Shown here: positions 20,508 through 30,457 of the stretch, piece after piece
How the letters are laid out: every line of letters begins with the position of its first letter
Position numbering within the stretch: the first letter of the stretch is position 1
NCBI GenBank assembly: GCA_965219995.1
Contig: CBDCOX010000002.1
Coordinates: 4,256,001 to 4,320,000, forward strand
Length of the DNA: 64,000 bases
Direction: 5' to 3'
Source of the DNA: Candidatus Latescibacterota bacterium
Lineage (GTDB): Bacteria; Latescibacterota; UBA2968; GCA-2709665
Position numbers and translations under genes: made by a program
Notes under the pieces: model-generated
Told to the model about the DNA's origin: nothing
The model's database searches: none
The model's input: only the letters and a program-made list of their open reading frames with translations

Positions 20508-21173
20508 CTATTCGCCTATGGGAAAGCCGACGCCGGCCTGGAGGGTGAGACTTCTGTTCTTGATGTCTTCCTCAACCGTCTTGTCGACGTTTATGAGCCC
20601 CAACGTATATCGCAGGTTTACGGAAAACGCCATCCCGTCGGCAATTGCCGTATCCGTGCCGATCCCAACGCTGACGCCAAGATCCATACCGCTTACGTCG
20701 TCTCCACAAAAGGTCGAGACGTCGAGATCCTCGAAGATCTCGATGCCGCTGACGCGGGCGGAGGCGTCACATTTGGTATTGAATCCAAACGACGGTCCGG
20801 CAAACGCGTACACCGAAACCGGGTTTTCGGACGGTGTAAATCTGACAACCCCCGTGCCCGAGAGCTCGATGTAATCGAGAAAAAACGTGGCCTCCAGCGC
20901 TCCCAGATCGCCGCTGTATCCCTTCTGCACGTAGCCCCCGTCGAGTCTGAGACCGAAGTTGTCCCGCATTGGAATGGTGGCTGAAGCTCCGAGAGACAGG
21001 CCGATGCGCGGATCCAGACTTTCCGCGCCTTCGACCGGGATGCCGCTCATTGTCGCACGGTTCACGCCGCCACGAACGGCAATTGTGGTCTGTGCGAAAA
21101 TGGAGACGGGACTGTGCAATGCCGCGAGGACGAATACACTCGTCAGAACGATGACCTGCTGCAGGCGTTTCAT
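20508..21173 (-). CDS. Outer-membrane beta-barrel protein (PorT/OMP_b-brl_2-like)
   Basis: Start MKRLQQ at 21173; signal peptide; GG.N.ATM, Y.QKG, LDYIEL, FAGPSFG, DLGVSVGIG, RYTLGL.N, NRSLTLQAGVGF. Confidence 0.8.
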   Translation of the reverse strand: MKRLQQVIVLTSVFVLAALHSPVSIFAQTTIAVRGGVNRATMSGIPVEGAESLDPRIGLSLGASATIPMRDNFGLRLDGGYVQKGYSGDLGALEATFFLDYIELSGTGVVRFTPSENPVSVYAFAGPSFGFNTKCDASARVSGIEIFEDLDVSTFCGDDVSGMDLGVSVGIGTDTAIADGMAFSVNLRYTLGLINVDKTVEEDIKNRSLTLQAGVGFPIGE

Positions 21174-21518
21174 GAATATCTCCGTATTGAAGGAATTACT
21201 TTGAAACGGATCCCGATAGGAAAAACAGAATACATCAACTCTCGTATCAGCGGCGCACTTCTCTTCTGAACCTCCTTTCCGGAAAGTCGGGTTTGTCATT
21301 TGTACAAACAGATCTAATCGATGCCTGACTCCCCCTTCGCACCCGCCTGCGAACCGGACGCGAGCGTTCCGTTGGGCGAGAATTTCGCGCCAAATATTTC
21401 CGCACCAACACATGCGTTTCACTTCTTGGACGGACAACCATTCTCAATCGAAGTGGATATTCGTCGAATCTACTTTTCGACCGCAAGACCTCGCAACCGG
21501 GCGCGTTATGGGTCCGGC

Positions 21519-24500
21519 TTATCCTGACGTCCCATAGGCGTCTACAAACTCGAAGAAGTCAGCGAAGTTCACGATGCCGTTGCCGTCGAGGTCATATTTG
21601 GCGTCCGTGGTGCCGAAAGCGTCCACGAAGTCGAAGAAATCGGCGAAATTTACGATGCCGTCGCCGTTGAAATCGGCCGTCTTCTGTCCCGGCGGCGCCG
21701 GAGGCTCGGGAGCGCCGGCTAACGCGAGGGCCAGCCCGAAGGGCGTTATCAACCCGTCTGCGCCGGTAAATAGGTCTTCGACGTTGGAGCCGTCCAGATT
21801 CGCGCGCTGCACTTTGCGCGTCTCTCCATCGGCCCAGTACATCTTGCCGCCGATCACGTCCAGCGCCAGCCCGTCCGGGGCGACCAGACCGCTGGTGACC
21901 AGGTCTTCGACGTTGGAGCCGTCCAGATTCGCGCGATGAATCCCGCGCGTATCGTGGTCGGCCCAGTACATCTTGCCGCCGATCACGTCCAGCGCCAGCC
22001 CGATAGCATTGTCCAGATTGCCGACAACCAGATCCTCGACGTTGGAGCCGTCCAGATTCGCGCGCTGGATCTTGCGCGTGGCCGAATCCGCCCAGTACAT
22101 CCTGCCGCCGGACAGATCCAGCGCCAGCCCGCTGGGATTGCGCAGACCACGACTGACGAGGTCTTCGACGTTGGAACCGTCCAGATTCGCGCGATGAATC
22201 CTGTCCCTGTCGGTCCAGTACATCCTGCCGCCGGCTACGTCCAGCGCCAGCCCCCACGGGTCCTTTCGCCCGCCGGCGCTTGTGACCAGGTCTTCGATAT
22301 TGGAGCCATCCAGATTCGCGCGCTGGATCTTGTCCGTACTCCAATCCGTCCAGTACATCTTCCCGCCGGCCACGTCCAGCGCCAGCCCCCATGGGTCCTC
22401 CAGCCCGTCGGCGCTCGTGACCAGATCTTCGATATTGGAGCCATCCAAATCCGCGCGCTGGATCTTGTCCGTACCCCAATCCGTCCAATACAACACCGGA
22501 TTCGCCGCCGGTTCGCTCACGTCGGTCAGGTCAATGGTCACATCTATCGTGGTGCTGCCGCCCTGCCCGTCGGACACCCGCACGGTGACCGTATAGCGGT
22601 TCTTCACTTCGTAGTCATACGCGACGCCCGACCTGGTTTGTAGCTGCCCGCTGGTTGCAACGAGGTCGAAACTCGCCGCGTCCGTACCAGCCAGGCTGTA
22701 CGTCAGCGTACCGCCGTCCCCGTCAGTGGCACTGACCGGGCTGCCGATGTTCTGTCCCGCGCCCGTGTTCTCGGCAAAACTGCGCGTGGCGCTTGCGCCC
22801 TCGGTGAACGTGGGTACCTGATTGGCCCCACCGCCTGTATCGGCGGTGACCGGCAGCTGGGCCGTCAGCGCGGCGCCATTGTAATTCGCGATCGCGTCGG
22901 CGCCCACGGTAAACGTGAGCGTCCCGTCCGCATCGAAGTCGCCGCTAAACGTGAGCGTGACCGTCACCTTCGTATCGCTGGCCCTCTGCACACCGAACGT
23001 ACCTACACTTACACCGGTGATTCCCGACACCGACACGCCGCGCCGGACGTCGAAGATGGAACTCGCGTACTTGCCGCCCGCCAGGGTCAACGTTACCACG
23101 CTTCCGTTCAGCGTCGCTTCCGTGAGTGGAGACACTGTCGACGCCGCGACCGACTCCATGCCGGCGTTCACCGGCAATTGAGCCGTCAGCGCGTTTCCGC
23201 TGTAGCTCGCAACGGCGCCCGCGCCAACCGTGAACGTCAATGTACCGTTCGCGTCGATGTCTCCATTGAACCTCAGCCCAACCGTCACCTTCGTGTCGCT
23301 CACGCGCTGAATCCCGAACGTACCGACGGTCACGCCAGCGATCCCCGATACCGACACCCCGTCACGGACGTCGAAAATGGAACTCTCGTACGCGCGTCCG
23401 GCCAGCGTCAACGTCACCACGCTCCCGTTCAGCGTCGCCTCCGTCAGCGTCCGCGGCGTGGTCGCAACAACCGTTTCTTCCAGCGCGGTAACGGATACCC
23501 GGTCAGCCAGTGCGGCGCCACTGTAATTCGCGATCGCGCCTGCACCTACCGTGAACGTCAGTGTGCCGTCCTCATCGAAATCGCCGTTGAAGTCCAGCTC
23601 GACGGTCGCCTTCGTGTCGCTTACGCGCCGGATGCCGAACGTCCCCACGCTTACACCCGTGATGCCGGAAACCGAGACCCCGTCACGGACGTCGAACGTC
23701 GAACTCGCGAATCTGCCGCCCGAAAGCGTCAACGTCACCACGCTCCCGTCCAGCGTCGCCTCCGTCAGCGGTGACGTCGTTGTCGCTGTCACGGATTCCA
23801 TCCCCGCGGTCACCGGCAACTGCGCGGTCAGCGCAGACCCGCTGTAGCTCGCTATGGCGCCAGCACCCACGGTAAACGTCAACGTCCCGTTCGCGTCGAT
23901 GTCGCCGTTGAACGTCAGTTCCACCGTGACCACCGTATCGCTCTTGCGCTGGATACCGAACGTACCGACGGTCACGCCCGTGACGCCCGATACCGACACA
24001 CCGCGCCGCACGTCGAAGATCGAACTTTCGTACGCGCCGCCGGACAGCGTCAGCGTCACCACGCTCCCGTTTAGCGTCGCCTCCGTCAGCGGTGACGTCG
24101 TTGTCGCCGTTACGGATTCCATCCCCGCGGTCACCGGCAACTGCGCGGTCAGTGCATCGCCGCTGTAGCTCGCTATGGCGCCAGCACCCACGGTAAACGT
24201 CAACGTCCCGTCCGCGTCGATGTCGCCGTTGAACGTCAGTTCGACCGTCACCTTCGTGTCGTTCACGCGCTGGATACCGAACGTACCGACGGTCACGCCG
24301 GCAATGCCCGATACCGACACGCCTCGTCGGACGTCGAAGATCGAACTCTCGTACGCGCCGCCGGACAGCGTGAGCGTCACCACGCTCCCGTTTAGCGTCG
24401 CCTCCGTCAGCGGTGACGTCGTTGTCGCCGTCACCGACTCCATCCCGGCGCTCACGGACAACTGTGCAGTCAGCGCCGCTCCGTTGTACGACTCGATCGC

Positions 24501-25196
24501 ATCCGCGCCAACTGTGAAGGTCAGCGTTCCGTCACTGTCGATGTCGCCGTTGAAATCCAGTTCAACCGTGACCTTCGTGTCGCTCACACGACGGATGCCG
24601 AACGTCCCCACGCTCACACCCGTGATGCCCGAGACCGACACCCCGTCTCGCACGTCGAACGTGGAACTTTCGTAAGCACGTCCAGCCAGCGTCAGCGTCA
24701 CCACGCTTCCGTCCAGCGTTGCTTCGGTCAAGGGTGACGTCGTTGTCGCCGTCACCGTCTCTTCCACGGACGGCACTGACACATCCCTGGTCAGCGCCGA
24801 GCCGTTGTAGGACGCGATGGCGCCGGCGCCCACCGTGAACGTCAGCGTGCCTTCTTCGTCGAAGTCACCGCTGAAGTCCAGTTCAATCGTCAACTTCGTA
24901 TCATTTACGCGCGTTATCCCAAACGTCCCCACGCTCACGCCGGCAATGCCCGATACCGCCACGGCGCGTCTGATGGAGAAGATAGACCGCTCAAATGTAC
25001 GCCCCGCTAGTGTCACCGTAACCTCGCTGCCGTCCAGGATCGCTTCGGTCAACGGGCTTGGCGTCGACACCGTAATTGACTCCTGCACCGCAGGAACGGG
25101 AACCTGGGCGTACGCCAGACCCGGCGCCGCGAAAGCCATCAGGACGATAAGCGATATTGTCACGGCGAATCGTCGATTCACATGTGGCCGTTTCAT
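21519..25196 (-). CDS. Secreted adhesin-like protein: 7 tandem ~107-aa beta repeats, cadherin-like domain, YWTD propeller, C-terminal dockerin-like domain
   Basis: Repeats ESV.ATT.SPLTEATL.GSVVTLTL..GTFGI.R..DTKVTVEL.FNGD; P.FTEG..TRS.AENT..V.ATD.DG..LTY; GGKMYWTD..KIQRANLDGS; DFNGDGIVNFADFF twice. Confidence 0.9.
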   Translation of the reverse strand: MKRPHVNRRFAVTISLIVLMAFAAPGLAYAQVPVPAVQESITVSTPSPLTEAILDGSEVTVTLAGRTFERSIFSIRRAVAVSGIAGVSVGTFGITRVNDTKLTIELDFSGDFDEEGTLTFTVGAGAIASYNGSALTRDVSVPSVEETVTATTTSPLTEATLDGSVVTLTLAGRAYESSTFDVRDGVSVSGITGVSVGTFGIRRVSDTKVTVELDFNGDIDSDGTLTFTVGADAIESYNGAALTAQLSVSAGMESVTATTTSPLTEATLNGSVVTLTLSGGAYESSIFDVRRGVSVSGIAGVTVGTFGIQRVNDTKVTVELTFNGDIDADGTLTFTVGAGAIASYSGDALTAQLPVTAGMESVTATTTSPLTEATLNGSVVTLTLSGGAYESSIFDVRRGVSVSGVTGVTVGTFGIQRKSDTVVTVELTFNGDIDANGTLTFTVGAGAIASYSGSALTAQLPVTAGMESVTATTTSPLTEATLDGSVVTLTLSGGRFASSTFDVRDGVSVSGITGVSVGTFGIRRVSDTKATVELDFNGDFDEDGTLTFTVGAGAIANYSGAALADRVSVTALEETVVATTPRTLTEATLNGSVVTLTLAGRAYESSIFDVRDGVSVSGIAGVTVGTFGIQRVSDTKVTVGLRFNGDIDANGTLTFTVGAGAVASYSGNALTAQLPVNAGMESVAASTVSPLTEATLNGSVVTLTLAGGKYASSIFDVRRGVSVSGITGVSVGTFGVQRASDTKVTVTLTFSGDFDADGTLTFTVGADAIANYNGAALTAQLPVTADTGGGANQVPTFTEGASATRSFAENTGAGQNIGSPVSATDGDGGTLTYSLAGTDAASFDLVATSGQLQTRSGVAYDYEVKNRYTVTVRVSDGQGGSTTIDVTIDLTDVSEPAANPVLYWTDWGTDKIQRADLDGSNIEDLVTSADGLEDPWGLALDVAGGKMYWTDWSTDKIQRANLDGSNIEDLVTSAGGRKDPWGLALDVAGGRMYWTDRDRIHRANLDGSNVEDLVSRGLRNPSGLALDLSGGRMYWADSATRKIQRANLDGSNVEDLVVGNLDNAIGLALDVIGGKMYWADHDTRGIHRANLDGSNVEDLVTSGLVAPDGLALDVIGGKMYWADGETRKVQRANLDGSNVEDLFTGADGLITPFGLALALAGAPEPPAPPGQKTADFNGDGIVNFADFFDFVDAFGTTDAKYDLDGNGIVNFADFFEFVDAYGTSG

Positions 25197-25213
25197 AAGT
25201 CAGCAACCCCTGT

Positions 25214-28200
25214 TTATTTAAATGTGCCAAGTGTGACGCGTCCGCCCTCGATGCTGCATCCTCCGGAGGCGATGCACGTATACCGCGTTCCATCCTGAAG
25301 CTCGATCAATCCGCCATTCTGAAAGCTGAGGACCGTACGTCCTCCGCTGCTTGTTAGACTTGCTTTCTGAAGGAGCTTCGGAACGAAGAAGCCGGAGGGG
25401 AAGTTCGGGAGCGCGTCGCCGACGCCGTAGGTCCTGCCCCGGCTGCTGCTGCCAACCGCGCCAATGGCGAGTCCGGACGGGTCGACAAGCCCGTCGGCGC
25501 TGGTGAGGAGGTCTTCCACGTTCGATCCATCCAGGTCGGCGCGCTGTACCTTGCCCGTGCCCACGTCCGTCCAGTACATCTTGCCGCCGTCCACGTCCAG
25601 ATCCAACCCTGTGGGGGTGTTCAGGCCCGTCGCAACCAGGTCTTCGACGTTCGAGCCGTCCAGATTCGCGCGCTGGATTTTGCTGGCGCCGCGGTCCGTC
25701 CAGTACATCTTGCCGGCTGACAGGTCCAGCGCCAGGCCGGTGGGGCTGCTCAGGCCGCTCGTGACCAGGTCCTCCGCGCTGGAACCGTCCAGATTCGCGC
25801 GCTGGATCTTGTCCGACCCGGGGTTGGTCCAGTACATCTTGCCATTTGGCACGTCCAGGCCGATTTCACCGGGAAATGCCAGGCCGGACAGTGTGCGGAG
25901 GTCTTCAACATTGGAGCCATCCAGATCCGCGCGTTGGATTTTGCTCGTCTGCCGGTTCGTCCAGTACATCTTTCCGCCTGCCACGTCCAGCGCCAGTCCG
26001 TACGGTACGCTCAGGCCGCTGGTGATCAGGTCCTCCACGTTGGAACCGTCCAGGTTCGCGCGCTGGATCTTGTTCGTCCCCGCGTCCGTCCAGTACATCT
26101 TGCCGCCTGACTCGTCGATGGCCAGCCCGTCCGGGCCATTGAGTCCTGCGCCACTGACCACGTCTTCGACGTTCGATCCATCCAGGTCGCCGCGCTGGAT
26201 CTTGTCAGTTCCCCAGTCCGTCCAATAGAGCTTTGTCGTTCCCGTGGCGGGCGGTGGTGACGCCGGCGCCGCGACCGTTATGCTCGCCGCGGCGGAGCAG
26301 TTGTTTCCCGTATCGGACTCACCCGTCACCGCGTCCACACAGGCCCCGTAGTAGTAGGTCCCGGCGGTCGACGGCGCCGTCAGGTTAATCGACTCGGCGC
26401 TGGATCCGGAAGCGGCAAGTCCGCTCACCGCGTCCGTCCCCACTTCCGTGTCGGTCGTGGAAATCGTCGCGTCCGAAGAACTGTAATAACGCAACGTCGA
26501 TGCCGCGGACGGGGCGTTGCCCCGGTTGCGGACCGTCGCACTCAGCGTGAAGGATGCCCCTGTATCCGGAGTGCTGCTGCTGACCGAAGGCGTATCGACG
26601 ATCAAGTCTGCCGAGGCGCTTCCCCCGCCACCGCCGGGGCCGCCTCCACCGCCGCCGGAGGACGTCGCCACGGCGACTCCGGACGGATCGACCAGTCCGT
26701 TGGACCCGGTGACCAGATCCTCCACGCCGGAACCGTCCAGATTGGCGCGCTGCACCTTGTTCGTGCCCGCGTCGGCCCAGTACATCTTGCCTGCCGGCAC
26801 GTCCAGAGCCAGACCGTTCGGGCTGTGCAGGCCGCTGGCGACCAGGTCTTCCACCCCCGAGCCGTTCAGGTTCGCCCGCTGGATCTTGTCCGAGCGCCGG
26901 TCCGTCCAGTACATCTTACCGCCGGAGACATCAAGTGCGATTCCGGTGGGACTGCTCACGTCGCTGGTGACCAGGTCTTCCACCCCCGAGCCGTCAAGAT
27001 TTGCGCGTTGAATCTTGTTCGCGCCGGGATTCGTCCAGTACATCTTGCCGCCGGATACGTCCAGCGCCAGACCGCCTGGAAACGTCAGACCGCCCGTAAT
27101 AAGGTCTTCTGCGTTCGCGCCACTGAGATCGGCCCTTTGAATCTTGTTCGTCTGCCGGTTCGTCCAGTACATCTTGCCGCCCGTCACGTCCAGGGCCAGA
27201 CCGTACGGAATCCCAAGGCCCGTCACGAGGTCTTCGACCCCGGAGCCGTCCAGGTTACCGCGCTGAATCTTGTTCGTACCGGCGTCCGTCCAGTACATCT
27301 TTCCGCCTGCCACGTCCAGTGCGAGCCCGTCCGGCCCGTCCAGCCCCGCGCCGGAGACCAGGTCTTCGACCCCCGAGCCGTCGACGTTCGACCGTTGGAT
27401 CTTGTCCGTGCCCCAGTCCGTCCAGTAGAGCTTCGATGCACCGGTGGCAGGAGGGGTCCGCGTCGTGACGGTCAGGGACACGGAAGCCGAACAGTTGTTG
27501 CCGGTATTGGACTCTCCCGCCACCGCGTCGACGCATGCTCCGTAGTAATAGGTGCCCGCATTCGACGGCGCCGTCAGGCTGATCGACTCAGCGCTCGAGC
27601 CGCCCGGCGACAGTCCGTTCACCGCGTCCGTACCGACTTGCGTGTCGCTGGCGGAAACGGTCGCGTCGGTCGAGCGATAGTAACGCAACGTGGACGCGGC
27701 AGACGAACCGTTTCCCTGGTTGCGCACCGCCGCGCCCAGCGTGAAGGTCGCGCCCGAAGCCACGTTATTGTTGCTGACGGAAGGCGACTGGACAACGAGG
27801 TCCGGGCTGCCGCCGCCCGTTGTCGGCGGCGGACCGCCAAAGCTCTGCGCGAAGATCAGAAAGTCCGTAAAGTCAACGGAACCGTCGGCATTCAGGTCTT
27901 GTGCGTTATTGTACCTCCCGTCCCCTTGCCGAGACCCGAACGCGCTTGCGAAAATCAGAAAGTCAGAGAATCCAACGTGGTTATCGCCGTCGAAGTCGGG
28001 GGAAGGCGGGGGAGGCGCAATATTGAACGTGACCTCACCGCCTGTCCTGAGTTCGTCGCTCGAGGTTGGACCCTCCGCGAGTGTAACCGACTCGATGCCG
28101 ATGGAAAACTGCCGGCCCGTAACGTCGGCAACGGTCGAAAACTCCGCGCGCGCGAGAAAGCCCGAAGACGCCAACGCGACGGGGTTACCCGCTGCCAGGT

Positions 28201-28531
28201 TCGCGCCGACGGAGCCTTCGGGAAGCGTGAGGGGGAACGCGCTGTTTTCGACCTTGACGAATGACAGAAGGGTAGCGTCGAAGTCGAATTTCAGAATCAT
28301 ACCGGCCAGGGACGTCCTCACGCCTGTCGCGAAAACCTCAACCGCGATGGTTGTACCGCGGCCGGAAACTGTCCCCGACGTAACCCCGTCATCCGTTTGG
28401 TTGCCCGCGCCTCCACCGGGAATCAGGTCAAGCGACAAAACGGCATTTGCATTGGCGCCCGCGAACGCCTGCCCGGCAAAAGCGGCGACCGCGATCGCGG
28501 TGATCAGCAATAGAGTCCGTTTGGGAATCAT
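25214..28531 (-). CDS. Secreted cohesin-like / dockerin-like / (CARDB + YWTD propeller) x2 protein
   Basis: Signal peptide; AVEVF..SLAGMILKFDFDATLLSFVKV..FLARAEF is cohesin-like; DFDGDNHVGFSDF / DLNADGSVDFTDF; two sets of YWTD repeats; 17 bp gap to the next gene. Confidence 0.9.
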   Translation of the reverse strand: MIPKRTLLLITAIAVAAFAGQAFAGANANAVLSLDLIPGGGAGNQTDDGVTSGTVSGRGTTIAVEVFATGVRTSLAGMILKFDFDATLLSFVKVENSAFPLTLPEGSVGANLAAGNPVALASSGFLARAEFSTVADVTGRQFSIGIESVTLAEGPTSSDELRTGGEVTFNIAPPPPSPDFDGDNHVGFSDFLIFASAFGSRQGDGRYNNAQDLNADGSVDFTDFLIFAQSFGGPPPTTGGGSPDLVVQSPSVSNNNVASGATFTLGAAVRNQGNGSSAASTLRYYRSTDATVSASDTQVGTDAVNGLSPGGSSAESISLTAPSNAGTYYYGACVDAVAGESNTGNNCSASVSLTVTTRTPPATGASKLYWTDWGTDKIQRSNVDGSGVEDLVSGAGLDGPDGLALDVAGGKMYWTDAGTNKIQRGNLDGSGVEDLVTGLGIPYGLALDVTGGKMYWTNRQTNKIQRADLSGANAEDLITGGLTFPGGLALDVSGGKMYWTNPGANKIQRANLDGSGVEDLVTSDVSSPTGIALDVSGGKMYWTDRRSDKIQRANLNGSGVEDLVASGLHSPNGLALDVPAGKMYWADAGTNKVQRANLDGSGVEDLVTGSNGLVDPSGVAVATSSGGGGGGPGGGGGSASADLIVDTPSVSSSTPDTGASFTLSATVRNRGNAPSAASTLRYYSSSDATISTTDTEVGTDAVSGLAASGSSAESINLTAPSTAGTYYYGACVDAVTGESDTGNNCSAAASITVAAPASPPPATGTTKLYWTDWGTDKIQRGDLDGSNVEDVVSGAGLNGPDGLAIDESGGKMYWTDAGTNKIQRANLDGSNVEDLITSGLSVPYGLALDVAGGKMYWTNRQTSKIQRADLDGSNVEDLRTLSGLAFPGEIGLDVPNGKMYWTNPGSDKIQRANLDGSSAEDLVTSGLSSPTGLALDLSAGKMYWTDRGASKIQRANLDGSNVEDLVATGLNTPTGLDLDVDGGKMYWTDVGTGKVQRADLDGSNVEDLLTSADGLVDPSGLAIGAVGSSSRGRTYGVGDALPNFPSGFFVPKLLQKASLTSSGGRTVLSFQNGGLIELQDGTRYTCIASGGCSIEGGRVTLGTFK

Positions 28532-28713
28532 CGGGGTACACTCCTTTGATTCGACAACGATTTCGATCCGCTACATGGTCCGAATGTGGAATACGTCACC
28601 TGTATCCGTTACGCCTCGAGGGAACGGCCTTCAGGTACACCGCCATCACTCGGAAGGGTGTTTCCGATGGCTGTATAACGCCGTGCGCGACTTCGGGCGA
28701 GACGACCTGGCGG

Positions 28714-29523
28714 CTACTTCAGCAACAGCATCCTTTTGGCGGACGAGAAACTGCCCGCCTGGATCCGATAGAGATAAACGCCGCTGGCCACGTGCCGGCC
28801 GAGCGCGTCCGTCCCGTCCCACGTTGCCGAAAACGATCCGGCATCCCTCCGTTCGTTCACCAGTTCGCGTACCTCCTGGCCCAGCAGATTATAGACGGCG
28901 AGCCGCACCTGCCCCGCCTCGGGAAGCTGATAGCCGATCGCCGTGGACGGGTTGAAGGGATTCGGGATATTCTGGTTCAGCCTGAATTGATCCGGCAACG
29001 GCTTCAGATCGCCGACCTCAACCCGGGAGAGCAGATCCACGGCGCCATCCACGCCTACCAGCACGCTCTCGGACACCCGAAAGTCCGACGCCGAAGGCGT
29101 ACCTCTGGTTGTGAAGGTGAGTTCAACGAGTTTGCCGTTGCCGCTGGCGCCCTGCCCATCGGTTCTCACCGCGCCGATATTCAACTCACCCGGCGTCCGG
29201 TCCGACGTCAGGAACAGCGTTTCCCGGCCGGAACCCGACTTGAGCAGATTGCCGCGCGGTTCCCTGGCTTCCAAGAACTCGTACCTGGCGGCATCGTATT
29301 GCAGCGTCAGGCCGTATCCCTTCAGATTATTGGCCTGAGACAACGTGAGACGCAACGTCAGGATCCCGTCTTCGCCGGCCGATTCGTCCACGCGCTCCAG
29401 CTTGAGCGCCGCCAATGCGTTCTGCCCCCCGGTAATCGTGATCCCGCGGGTCATATTTCCGGCCAACGCCGCACCGGTCAACACAAACGCCGCACATACG
29501 GTTGCGACCAAACGGTTAAACAT
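28714..29523 (-). CDS. Cohesin-like domain + FlgD-like/T9SS-type CTD adaptor, copy 1
   Basis: Signal peptide; LKGYGLTLQYDAARYEFLEA..G.L.IG....GASGNGKLVELTF cohesin-like pattern; F.LNQN.PNPFNPST.I.YQLP..VYNLLGQEVR.LV..WDGTD..VASGVYLYR..KRMLLLK. Confidence 0.85.
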   Translation of the reverse strand: MFNRLVATVCAAFVLTGAALAGNMTRGITITGGQNALAALKLERVDESAGEDGILTLRLTLSQANNLKGYGLTLQYDAARYEFLEAREPRGNLLKSGSGRETLFLTSDRTPGELNIGAVRTDGQGASGNGKLVELTFTTRGTPSASDFRVSESVLVGVDGAVDLLSRVEVGDLKPLPDQFRLNQNIPNPFNPSTAIGYQLPEAGQVRLAVYNLLGQEVRELVNERRDAGSFSATWDGTDALGRHVASGVYLYRIQAGSFSSAKRMLLLK

Positions 29524-29729
29524 GGCTGCCTCCTTAATTGTGTCGCCGACACGGCGACGTGGTGATTGCTGCCGACAGGTGTTGGACTCCCACCGGTTTA
29601 CGGACGATATCCGGAGATCCCCGGCCGCGTGTACACCCGGACGTCCGCGTTTGACAGAGTGGACAATATCGGCACTTTTACGGGTGCGACTGCCAGGAAT
29701 TGGCTTCTTGCTCAGCCGTTACTCATATA

Positions 29730-29778
29730 TTTGAATTATTGATGATATTTTCTGGCTTTTTGATGAATTATCGTTGAG
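29730..29778 (-). promoter_or_regulatory. Four-box motif, copy 4 (upstream of the cohesin-CTD operon)
   Basis: TTTGAA(29730), GATGAT(29741), GATGAA(29762), GTTGAG(29773); no clear -10 at the 10-bp position. Confidence 0.5.
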
Positions 29779-29962
29779 TTTGTCTTTGAAATGGCAAAAA
29801 GATATTGTAATCGCAAGTTGCTTCAATGGTTTCGTGATGTCAATGATGAAGTTTTGTTCAAACGTCCTGAACTTGTCCCAGATTCCAATTTCCGCAATAT
29901 CACGTTGTCGATGGCAATCGCAGAACATGACATTCTGAGCGAAATCAATCGGTGCCGTCCGA

Positions 29963-30375
29963 AACGTGGTCATTGAGCTTGTCGAAATGCCAGTATTCCG
30001 TGACCCAGTCGAAACTCGCGCTTCCCTGGGCTGACCGTGTGAGCGCCAACGTGCCGCCTGTTCGGCTCGTGACAACTGCAATTCACGCACGTGTGAACCG
30101 ATGCCGCAGGAGATCCGTCGTCGGCCTGCCTGCCGATGATTCTATGGCAGGCAGGGCGCTTCCTCAGGATGACAGGTTTCGCACGCGTCGGCAGACAGGA
30201 ATGTCTGCCCCACCTTCACGTCTGTTTCCTGAGCATGTCAGGTTTCGCAAACGCGCGACTGAAACCTCTCGCCAATGGTCATCGCAAAGCATGTCATTCT
30301 GAGCGGAGCGAAGAATCTCCCGTCTTCCGGATCGTCCTGAACGAAAACGTGCGGTAGACACATATGCGCGGAGAC
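29963..30375 (+). repeat. Composite REP-mosaic repeat, copy D
   Basis: Colinear with copy B; left end shared with copy A. Confidence 0.88.
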
Positions 30376-30457
30376 GTCGGCTGAATGTGTGGGCTCCATG
30401 GGAAGGCACGAAGACGGGAGGGCCGGTGGGCCGGCTTTTCTACGTAAAACAGCGCAC

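Noticed and set aside
26825-28955. Long plus-strand ORFs (479 and 421 aa), and similar ones at 58173-60770 and 17705-18855
   Set aside because: Antisense shadows of GC-rich repeat genes with no independent motifs
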